DNA of 64,000 bases from Octopus vulgaris (taxonomy: Eukaryota), in assembly GCA_951406725.2 (NCBI GenBank), contig OX597815.1, forward strand, positions 129,394,001 to 129,458,000, in the 5' to 3' direction. The notes below the pieces were generated by a model, which saw nothing but the letters and a program-made list of their open reading frames with translations, had not been told where the DNA came from and did not search any database. Shown one piece after another: positions 52,049 through 63,028 of the stretch; positions within the stretch are counted from its first letter, which is position 1, and each line of letters begins with the position of its first letter. Position numbers and translations under genes: made by a program.

Positions 52049-52816
52049 TACTAGAGGTAGTTATATTTTTTTGATCTCTTACAGGTACCTGGTGACTGTA
52101 TTGGGTTTAATGACAAAGTAGTGCATCTGATAACTGGTGAAGGGGGTCAATGGTTTGTAGCCTGATGCTGCATTGTGTTCATGATCAAAGCCCTTTTATT
52201 TTCACTATCATCATCATCATCAGCTATAAATAATCTGTACAAGTATTGCTCTCATCTGCAACAAGTGGAATCACTGTATAATTGTTTTGTTAGCTTGTGT
52301 TTCTGAGTTTATAATCATCAAAGTGTATCTTGGCCAAGATAGCATCGTTCATGTCATGACTCATTTTCAACCAATTCTAACACCATTGGTGAAAGAAATG
52401 ATGAAGATGAGTGTGGAAGGAAATAGAGGTTGGGGAGGAATGAGTGAGAGGGGTTTTGAGGATAAAGGAAAATGGAAAATGTCATGAGCAACTCTCGCTT
52501 CACTTTAGCAGGGAAAGTGGCCTTAAAAGAAACATTTGTTTAGGTTGACTGATCCCCATTAAACTTTATCTCAAACCATGTGTATAGTACAAGTAAAATA
52601 TGCTTCTGTGGTTAAGTTTATTTTGTAGTCATATGATTTTGGATTGAGTCCTATTGTGCAACCTTTTAGACAAATATCTTCTATTATAGCCCTAGGCCAA
52701 CCAAACCTATGCAAGTGAATTTGTGAGACAGAGACTGAAAAGCATGTTCTAGTGTTTTCATATATACATTATTTATCATCCTATTCTGTGTTGGCATTGA
52801 CTGGATAACTTTACAG

Positions 52817-53081
52817 CAGTGGTTCCCAAACATTTTCAGGCTGCTACCCCCTTAATACCCAGGCCACATTCCAAGCACCCCCACTCCAGCTAACTATCAC
52901 AAGTATAGACTTCTTTCTGAAGCAAATTCAAAGCAACGATTTCACAAATAAAACTTAACTTAATGAACTAATTTTGTTGTTTTTACATGAAACACTACCC
53001 CATTATCACCCCACTTCAATGTTCCCTTCGAACTTTTCACCACCACCAGTAGGGCAATACTGCCCACTTTGGGAACCACTG
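52817..53081. mobile_element. hAT (Buster/Charlie-type) MITE with 8-bp TSD
   Basis: TIRs CAGTGGTTCCCAAA / TTTGGGAACCACTG; TSD CTTTACAG at 52809-52816 and 53082-53089. Confidence 0.92.
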
Positions 53082-53233
53082 CTTTACAGGATCCAATACA
53101 TCAGAGGACTGCATCAAACTCCAATTTCTATTTTGGTATGGTTTCTATGACTGCCCTTCTTAATACCAACCACCTTATAACATATATAATCTCAAAAAAG
53201 GAGATCGGGAAACATATTTAGTCTTATTTATTC

Positions 53234-53329
53234 ACTATTGCATGTGTTTCATTTGCTAATAGGAGTTACAGAATTATTCATGTAAGAGAAACACACAAGA
53301 TCACTCCTACTAGAAATTCTTCAGATAGT
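53234..53329 (-). ncRNA. Type I hammerhead-like motif with long stem II (cleavage triplet decayed)
   Basis: Minus strand: ACTAT CTGAAGA [ATTTcTAGTAGGAGT..ACTCCTATTAGcAAAT, 67 nt] GAAA CACATG CA ATAGT; lies within a (TA)-flanked insert ~53182-53410. Confidence 0.65.
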
Positions 53330-54057
53330 AGTACTGGAATAAACAGATGTACTTCAACAAAATGCAGCATGAATTTTAACCCTATCAACATACTAATATA
53401 TATATATATAATCTTAGAAGGATAGCAGGATCCTTAAACAGATGCTATATGAGTAACTTGTTAAGGACTGTCAAGTCCCCATTAATGGCCTTTTTGACTG
53501 AAGACTTTGATGGTAGCTGCACCAGATATCAGACAAGGTGTAGGTGCTTCTATCATAGTTAAGAAACAATAAACTCTTATAATATGGTCATTTAAGGCTA
53601 ATGAAACAAATTACTTAGTGACTCCACTTCTTACAGGAGAAAGTTGTAGCTATACATTATTTATAGCTGAACTGATTGTGAAAACTAAATGTCTTCACCA
53701 TGGACAGTCCAGCATGTGTATGGAAACCACTGACGAATTCACCAGGAATCAGTAGACATAAGTGTACAATCTTTTAATTTTAGAATGACAGTTATAAACA
53801 TATACCAGAAGCAAAGTACTCTATAGTTTGTTTTTATTTCATGATACATGTGACTTCTTGGAGACAAATTGGTAGTCTTGTTAACATTGGATAGAATGTC
53901 TGCACTGTGTGTTCAGATTCTACTAATGCCAACTTTGCTTTTCATCTTTTTGAGGGTAGGCAGAAGATGATGTTAATAAAATAGTACGAATCTAGAGCTG
54001 TGGATTGATGGGAGTGTTAGAGAATTGGGTGGATTTCCACAAATTGTATATGTTCCA

Positions 54058-54267
54058 TGGTGGTGCCATGTAAAAACACCTGTGCGACACCACATAAAGG
54101 CACCCACGTGGTGCCACGTAAAAGCACCCAGCACACACTGTGGTTGGCATTGAGAAGGGCATCTTGCCATAGAAACCATGCCAGATCAAACTGGAGTCTA
54201 GTGCAGCTTGCCAGCTCTAGTCAAACCTTCCAACCCATGCTAGCACTGACAACGGACATTAAATGAT

Positions 54268-54268
<1 letters not shown>
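54058..54268 (+). mobile_element. RTE 3'-tail element
   Basis: gccacgtaaaagcaccc...ggttggcattgagaagggcatc...ggacattaaatgat. Confidence 0.8.
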
Positions 54269-54303
<35 letters not shown>

Positions 54304-54435
54304 ATATTTCAGCAAAACAATTTAGATTCAAAAGAATATGGTACTTAGATGCACCAGAATTTTTTTATGGTATTAACCATAAAATGATGTGGGGTGATTA
54401 TAACCAAAAAATAAGCAACAAGAATGGATCAGTAG

Positions 54436-54521
54436 TTTAGTACAATTGTTTCATACTATAAACATTTTATTAAAGCTGCAAATATTACAGCAAATATAAT
54501 GTCAAGTACTCTTCAGCTAAA
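54436..54521 (-). ncRNA. Type I hammerhead ribozyme, intact core
   Basis: Reverse-complement copy of 54931-55016. Confidence 0.8.
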
Positions 54522-54930
54522 TTTCATATAGGTTTTCCAAACATCTTAGAGAGTGTAAATATCCTTATAAAGTTATAGAAGTGAGTGCCAGGAACTTGAA
54601 GTAAGATTCCAAGCAGACTATATATGTTTTCCAACAATACAAAGTTATTAAATTAATTATTGACATCTCAGAGAAGATGTGGATATAAATTTCAAGAAAC
54701 ATGAGGAAAGATGCCGATCAGACCACGGTTAAGTTCGCATCTAACTGTTATCCACATCTTTATGAGTAGATTTACCTTCTCTGAGATGTCAATAATTAAT
54801 TTAATAACTTTGTATTGTTGGAAAACATATATAGTCTGCTTGGAATCTTATTTCAAGTTCCTGGAACTCACTTCTATAACTTTATAAGGATATTTACACT
54901 CTCTAAGATGTTTGGAAAACCTATATGAAA

Positions 54931-55016
54931 TTTAGCTGAAGAGTACTTGACATTATATTTGCTGTAATATTTGCAGCTTTAATAAAATGTTTGTAGTATG
55001 AAACAATTGTACTAAA
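54931..55016 (+). ncRNA. Type I hammerhead ribozyme, intact core, long stem II
   Basis: TTTAG CTGAAGA [GTACT..AGTAT, 57 nt] GAAA CAATT GTA CTAAA; predicted cleavage after 55011. Confidence 0.82.
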
Positions 55017-55975
55017 CTACTGATCCATTCTTGTTGCTTATTTTTGGGTTATATATATATATATATATATATATGTTTATGTTTATTTAGAAAGTGCATA
55101 GCTCAGTGGTTTAAGTGTTGCACTTATAATTGCGTGATCATGTGTTTGATTCCCAGACTGGGTGTTGCATCTACTATGATTTTTAAGAAATGTGGTGAAA
55201 AACTAGCTCAGGAAGGTAGGGACACTACTCCCTGAGACCCCTTTCAGAGCCCCACTATATATATATTCTTTTACTTGTTTCAGTCATTTGACTGCGGCCA
55301 TGCTGGAGCACCCTTTAAGCAATGAGTGCAAAAAAACAACACTGGAGGGACAAGTTTTAACAAATTTTGAATTAGTTTAATGCTTAAGAGGGGAAAGAAT
55401 TGTAACATTTTGGAGACTATGCTTTCAATAGAAAAAAAGGTGATGGGAGAGTGAAAAAGAGGAATGATTTAGGGGTCAGGTAGGAATGCAGTTCTCTGTA
55501 GTTAGGGAGAAAATGCTAGCATGGGTTGGATGGTTTGATAGGATCTGACAAGCCACAGGACTGAACAATACTTCAATGTCAGTTTTGGCATGATTTCTTC
55601 AGTTGGGTGCTCTTCCTAATGCCAATCACTTTTGCAGTGTGTATTGTGTAACTTACAAGAAACGAAAAGGGAAAAAACCCTCGTCTGAGTGGGAATGTAT
55701 TTGTGGGGAGGTGGCTATGATAGAGATTCAAGCACAGGTATCTTGATTTAAAGGAAAAATATGTCTACTCTGCATTATATAAGGCATGGGGATACCTGGG
55801 AAGAATATAAAGTTGGTAATAATATAGTACCAGAGTGAACTCTGAAGGTTCAAGAAGGTCAATATAAGAGAGAATATAGACAGTAGAGGGAGATGGAGGT
55901 ACAGAGAGGGTGGATAATTTCATAAGAGTGTGAGGAGTTGAATTTATTGTTTAGAAGAAGGAAGTTGAAATAGAA

Positions 55976-57193
55976 TGAAATTTATATATTTTTGTCAGTT
56001 AATTACTGTTGAGAACTGACAAAATAAATTACTTTTCAGACTTTTAACTTTGTTTTCTGTTTCATAAAAATGCTACATTTCAAATGGTTTGATTTAATTT
56101 CGTTATCAAGAATTTTATTTACTATGTAGCCTGAGCCTTTGTTTAATCGCTTGATGACCTAGTAAAGAAGAACACTGTAACCATTGTCAGTGTATTCATT
56201 CTAGTTCCTGTGATGATGCTGGTCCCAAGCTTTATTGGCTGTTGACTTTCCCTTGGAAATTATCAGTGGTGTAGAGAGGAGAAAGCTTGAATGAATGGAT
56301 AGTTGATAGAATCCCTTTATTAAAAATTCTTTCCTTGGCCTGCATCTTGTTGAGAAACAGAAAACCCATGGTCAATCATGACGGAAGGAGTCCCTAAGCA
56401 ATATGCCATGAGAAGGTATTGATTTGGTTTCAGAATGATATTTCTTTTAGCTGGACCTGTGAATTGTTCTTAACACAACAGCTGGTAGCTAAGCACTAGA
56501 TGCTGAATCACATATCCACACACACACACAAACACATGTATACTCACACACACACACCAACATACACACACACACCTGCATACACACGTACACACATGTA
56601 CGTGCACATGCACGCATGCACATGTACACATGCACATAGACACACACATGGACACACAAACGTACATGCACCTGCACACACGCACCTACGTATGCACATG
56701 CACATACATGCATTACACACATGCATGCACATGCACACACATGTACACACACACACACACACTCACTGAGTAAATGGTGAGCTGGATTATTTCTCATGAA
56801 ATAATAAATGGTGGCAGATGTAGATACCAGATTTATTATATTGTGTATACAGATGGCAGTTTGATTGCTATAAACATTTGTTCAGTTTGAGGTAATTGCT
56901 TATACCGCAAAACTAGAATATCAATAAAATACAACAGAATTAGATGGTATATTTGTGTGTGTACATGAGCATGCACATGTCTACACATGCACACACATAA
57001 TTTTAATTGGATTTATTAGTTGTTGAAGGGAAGGAAGTCGAAAAAAATGAAGTTTATATATATTTGCCAGAGAATTGCTGAGAACTGACTAAATAAATTA
57101 CTCTTCAGGCTGTTAACTTTTTCTGTTTCATAAAATTTCTACTTTTCAAATGGTTTGATTTAATTTCATTATCAAGAACTTTATTTGCCATGT
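55976..57193 (+). repeat. Pair of ~150-bp direct repeats (55976-56127 and 57049-57193)
   Basis: Shared tgagaactgac.aaataaattact...ttttctgtttcataaaa...ttttcaaatggtttgatttaatttc.ttatcaagaa. Confidence 0.8.
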
Positions 57194-60100
57194 CTTGTTA
57201 TGTACTTAGGCTAGGATTGAACTAAAAAAGCCTTTATTTAATGTGATGCTGCTGAGTACAAATTCATAAGCATATCAGATATGGTAATTGAAAGTGAACA
57301 GAGTTGCTCTTTGGGACTATAGCATGTGAATAAAGGTGTTGGGATCCTGTATGAAATAAAAAGCTCATGAATTCAATTCTAGATAAAATTACATTGTACA
57401 TAAACATGGTAATTATGATAACTGGCAACAAATTGTGATTGTGGTGTTTTCCAAAGCAGGAAAGGAGATTTGAGAGGTGTTATTAGCAAAGTAATGGAGT
57501 AACTTGTTCAGACAACCATTGGAGTGGTTTAGGCTATGGAAATATTAAGTCCAACATTCATGCTACTATCTGTTTTATTGTCTCTGCTGTGATCAGTGAG
57601 TATGTTACATTTGTATAGCAATAGTCACATTTAATATAACACAAAAGTTGTTGCATTCACTTTCTAAAAATATTCAGTATTGCGTAGATTACCAAACATC
57701 AAAGTCTTTTGTCATGCATTTATGACCTGATCACTGATTCTCTATTCCAACCATAAATTGTAGATCTATGTGGAAAGACTTTGATATTTGATAATCAATA
57801 TGTTGTGTCATAAATGAAACAAAATGCATGTAATTATGTTTGTGTGTTTTTAAATAGTTTTACTCTGACACCATGCAATTGTTTTAGCTCCAACACATTT
57901 CGGATGAAATGGTTTGCTAAACTGATTAGGCAGATTGAACAAAGGAATTATATATACATTTTGATAAGATTTATAGCAATTTTAGTCAGGTATAGATAAT
58001 ATATATGCATTTATGTATGTGTTAAAATATATCTTCCACATACCACAATTGCTTGACAGCTTTAGAACACTGCTCTTCCACATGATAGTGTACTTATCAA
58101 CACTACAAAGCTAGCATTTTGTATAAGATCTCTTATTTAGTTATTTAATATCCTTGTCCTTTGTGCTGTATGCATGCATGCATGTAATGTTTGCAGGTAC
58201 AAAATGCATGCATTGTAGTATTGTATTGTCATGTATGGTATAGACTTTATTTTTCTTCTAAAAAAAAATCTGAGTTTTTTCCTGAGTACCTTTCATGGCC
58301 TTTGCAGCACCCATCCAGGGGCCTACGAAGATAGATACAGCTGAGACACCTTTAATCATTAGCACTTAGTTAAGCATGGTTGACTAAATAAAAACATTTA
58401 GTAATATTGTGCAGGATTGCATCATCACAATCAGGTTCAGCAGATAAGATTTTTTTCATTCTTCTTTTCCTTGTTTCAGTTAATGGACTATGGCCATACT
58501 GGGGCAGTATCTTGAAGGGTTTAGCCAAAGAAATTGATAATTGATAAGGTTGAAAGATGGCATTTCAGATAAATGACATTCTGGGGAAGGATTAAACATA
58601 GTGGTTAATTCAAGGTCAAGGAACAGGTGGGTGAGTGGGTGGGGTACAATATTGGTTGAAAGGAGGAGGGGGTAATGAGTTGAGTGGTTATAAATGTAAA
58701 TGACACAAGGTCAGATACCTAGATCAGGAGATGGGGGTGGCAGGATTGGCAGGTGTGAGGCAAACTGGACAAAATACTTTAAAGTATTTAGTTCCATTCT
58801 ATATTCTGAGTTTAAATCCTCTCCAAGGCTGTCTTTGTAATCTCTTTAGAAATGATTAAATCAAATAGCTGACAAACAATTCAACTGATTTTATCCATCC
58901 ACTTTGAGGCCATGTAGCAATGTAAACAAATCAATATTGTTTATTAAGACTGAATAAAAGACAGGATAGTCACAGCTGAAATGTCTTGGTTATTAGTCTA
59001 CTTGATCAGAGCTGAATTGAAACTAAGCTATGACATGGATGTTGTTTGTGTAAATGTCAAGTACCATAGAACAAGGGATCATTTCATAGTGAACCAATAT
59101 TACTGAGGGGTTTTGATTTTTTTGTATGAAGAAATATAACTTCACTGTTAATCCTCCCTGAGAAAGACATTAACTTTGCAATTTGCCATTTTCTCTTCCA
59201 TTAAAATACAGACCATTTTTGTTTTCATCAATAGAAAAATACAAGAAACTTTGTTCTTAGATATTTGGGTAAACAAAATATGAAGTATGTATTGCTTTCA
59301 GTGGAAAAATTCAGCAAATATTGATGATTTTGATATCATTTTAATGTCCACTTTTCTCTGCTTGCATGAGTCAGGTGGAGTTTATTGTGACTCGGTGCCC
59401 TTCCTGTCACCAACCCTAAACTGCTTCTAAGGATGGTAATAGTTCCTCATTGTCAGATATGATTTTGCTGAATATTTGAAATTACACTTATTTGCAACAT
59501 CAAGGCAAGCAGAAAGAGAGAGACACATACACACATGGGTTTCTTTCAGTACCAAGTCCACTCACAAGGCTTTGCTAAGTCTGGGGATATAGTGGAAGAA
59601 CATGCCCAAGGTACCACACAGTGGAACTGAATCCTAAACCATGTAGTTATGAAGTAAATTACTTAACCACGCCATCCATACCTGCATCTCCATAACTAAC
59701 ATGTCACCGATTTTCACTTACATTTTTCCTTATATACTGCCCAATTTTAATTTCCTACTATTTTAAACTCTTCAAACTTTGTTGTTCTAGTTTCATCAGT
59801 TCACTACTCATGAGTGGATATTGTGAATAAGTCAGTGACCTGGTCACAGAACTGCACTGAAACATTTTATTATTTTATGATACATTGTACTATTAAGAAA
59901 TGAGTTGAAAATGAAGAAAACAAGTTTTATGTGTTTCTAATTAGACTGGTTCCTCCATTATGTAATTATTGTTGTTTTGTTTTTAAGATAACTTTGTTAA
60001 TTTCCTTAAGTTAAGAGAATGTAATGAAAGTGATTGTAATTTTTATTATAAATTTTTACAACAAACTTGTGGCTATTTTTTATGGCTCTTTTACTGCTCA

Positions 60101-60275
60101 CTTTTCTGTCTTTATGTGCTTTACCCTGTGTACTATGTAATGAACTTTTGCTTATTCATTGCTGTCTTCCTTTACTTGACTTTTTAACATCTATCCTTCT
60201 CTTTTTATCCTTTTCCAGTGGATTGTAGTGTACCTAATCACTGTATGCAATAAGCTCATTATCATTATATTTGTG

Positions 60276-60492
60276 AAGGTAGTCAGCTGGCAGATTCATT
60301 AGCATGCCTAACAAAATGTTTAGTGCCATTTTGTCCCTCTTACATTCTGAGTTCAAATTCTGCTGAAATTAACTTTGCCTTTTGCCCTTTTGTGGGTTGA
60401 TGAAATAAATACCAATCAAGTACTAGTGTTGATGTAATCAATTAGTTCCCTCCCACCAAATTTCAGGCCTTGTTACTATAACAAAGGATTAT
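60276..60492 (+). mobile_element. SINE family B
   Basis: gctggcagattcattagcatgcc...ttctgagttcaaattctgc...aaatttcaggccttg. Confidence 0.8.
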
Positions 60493-61393
60493 TATTAGAT
60501 TTGTTATTCTTCATACTCTTTGCTCAATAAATTTTTTGGAAGTTTTTTAATCAAAACTAAACAAGGAAGAAAAAAACTATAGTTGGAATTTTTTGTGAAT
60601 CTTTCCTACAAACTTGAGTCAGGTTCCTTTTTATGAAAGGATAAACATTTTGATAAGAGAGCTGATATCTATCAGCATCAGCTGTTTTTTTTTTTTTTTT
60701 TTCACATATGTTGCTGTATATATCTGCTTCAGGGAAGAGAGAAATACCCACAGGTATTGTTGAACAGAGACACAACAGACATGCTAGTTTATTAACATGA
60801 CATACCTCTGATTATCATCATCATCATCACCACTTTAGCGCTCGCCTTTCACTGACATATTTGGAATAGTCTTACAAGACATATACCACACTGAGCATCT
60901 TATTTCTGTATCATGTTATCTATCAGGCCTAACATAATTTCTACAACTGTTTAGGAAATGTACTTTTTTTTTAATACTACTGTTTTATATTTTAATAACA
61001 CTAGTTATTATTCTTGTTACTCTGAATTCAAAATAGAATTCCATTCCAAACTGTTCTTTTGTAAACACCTGCAAACATTGTTTTATTTTATAATACTTGA
61101 CAGAATGAATATGAGATGTAGGCAAAAATTTCATACAAGCATGAACTTTTCTAATATTACCAATCATTCATCACTGAAGGAATGTTATCTTGGGTGGTCT
61201 ATTGTTATAATCAGTTTGGTAATAGATAAAGCAGTAGATTAACCCTTCAGATATTAATCCACCTGAAACTACCCTTGATTCTGTAATACAAATACCATGT
61301 TTTAAAGTGATTAAAATTAAGACTTTCCTTTAAAATTTTATGTTAATTTACACTCCAAACACCAGCTTAATAATGAGTTATTTTTATTAAGAA

Positions 61394-61788
61394 CTAGCAG
61401 TATCGCCCGGCGTTGCTCAGGTTGTAAGGGAAATAACTATATAAGCATTTTTAGAGAGTTATAGCCAAAAAAATAGCAAAAAAATGCATTAAAAATTGAA
61501 AAAAAATTAAGGTAAATTTTTTTTTAAATCGTTGACACATCGTAGATATTTTTAGAGAGTTACTTCCCTTATATAAAAGCGAAAAAAATGCATTAAAATG
61601 GAAAAATATGATGGTAAATTTTTTTAAATCGTAGACTCATCGTAGATGCGCGCTAATACCCAGAAGGGCTCGATATGAATCACGACTATAAGATACCCGC
61701 TTTTGGTTAAACTGCACCGCAAAATGTGGGAGTAGTTAGGAATCTAAATCGTAGGAGACAGATACACAACTTCACTCTTATATAAAGA
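61394..61788 (-). mobile_element. Non-autonomous Helitron
   Basis: Minus strand starts A^TCTTTATATAA and ends with hairpin cctgagcaacgccggg + cgatactg + CTAG^T; internal ~100-bp tandem duplication. Confidence 0.8.
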
Positions 61789-61789
61789 T

Positions 61790-62118
61790 GCTTTTTTTTT
61801 TCAGTCATAGAGTTAGATTTATGAAGGTCTTCAGTAGAAAATCCTTCGAATTCTGACTCGCTGCTTGATATAATGAAATTCGTATCCACTTTTTGTCAGA
61901 ATTACAAATTTTGAAAACACAATAGGAACAAATTTCGGAAAAAAATCTCCCATAATTCACGGAATTAAAATTACACTTCGATTTTTGTACAAAACTGTAG
62001 TTGAAGTGTTTACGAAGTATAATACGTGTTTTCACGAATGTACTAAAGAGATTTGCTCTGATATTCTCATTTAAATATGAATAGGTAAATTCGGGCGGTT
62101 TGGTAACGAAAGGGTTAA
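61790..62118 (-). mobile_element. piggyBac-like terminal fragment
   Basis: Minus strand TTAAccctttcgttacc followed by an acidic peptide MDTNFIISSSESEFEGFSTEDL, then truncated. Confidence 0.5.
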
Positions 62119-62138
62119 ACGGATGCATACATTTATTA

Positions 62139-63028
62139 ATCTCTTATTATAATAACTATATATAAGTGTCGTCTGTTTATACATAAACACTGTTTCATAC
62201 TGCAATTATATATACATATATCTATATATAATATTATATAATAAAATATATACAGAGTAAAATAAAAACCAATTTACCTTTTCTGTATTGTTATAGCAAT
62301 TCCACCGTCCGTGTGTCTTTGCAAATGTGTTGGAATGATAAGTGAGTTGTGTTTTGGCGCCTTTTTTACTAATAACAAACACACACGTGTTTGTATGTAG
62401 TTGTTTGAAACGTTTGTGTTTGCCACTCTCATATATGTATGTGTATGCGTGTGTGTGAGGAATGACACACACACACTCACGCACGCACACATGTACATCA
62501 ATGCTTTCGGAGTGATATGTTAAAATATTGAGTTTTCTCGAATTTTGTCTTAATTGGTGGTAAAATTGAAAGAAATTTTTTATGGCATCACCCACTGAAG
62601 TACTCTGAAAAATCATGGGTACACTCTAATTGAAGAAATTGTGTGAGGAGTAAATCGTTATGTATTTATTTGTTTCTGTTTGCTGTGTTTTTTTATTTTT
62701 TGAGTAGTGGTTTAAATACTTTCAGTTTAGTCTTCCTCAAATCACTCTGTCGCTATTTACTTTCATTTCATTCGTTGCACACTGTGTGTGTGCGTGTGCA
62801 TGTGGTGTAAACCACATTAAGAAAAGCATTTGACATACACACCAGTATGTGAGTTTTCTGTAAATTTTGCTTAATTGGAGTTTAAATTTTAAAAACTGGA
62901 CCTGGCATGACCCGATGCATTCTACTCTTAAAAATGTTAGGTAAATTGTAATTGAAGAAATCCTATATTGTAGATTTCTATAAGTTACAAAGGAAGGCAG
63001 ATAAAATCTGCCTTTTATAATAAGAGAT
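62139..63028. mobile_element. Helitron-like segment bounded by two opposed ATCTCTTATTATA ends
   Basis: atctcttattata at 62139 and tataataagagat at 63016-63028; subterminal hairpin aaggcagat-aaa-atctgcctt; internal ~110-bp direct repeat. Confidence 0.55.

Larger units (their letters stand above)
54399..55053. repeat. Near-perfect inverted repeat (~278-bp arms, ~100-bp spacer), probable PLE pLTR pair
   Basis: 54399-54676 is the reverse complement of 54776-55053 with about 4 mismatches by eye; (TA)n on both sides. Confidence 0.95.

Noticed and set aside
52066-52165. Possible terminal coding exon (VPGDCIGFNDKVVHLITGEGGQWFVA*)
   Set aside because: Short, no recognisable homology and no supported upstream exons
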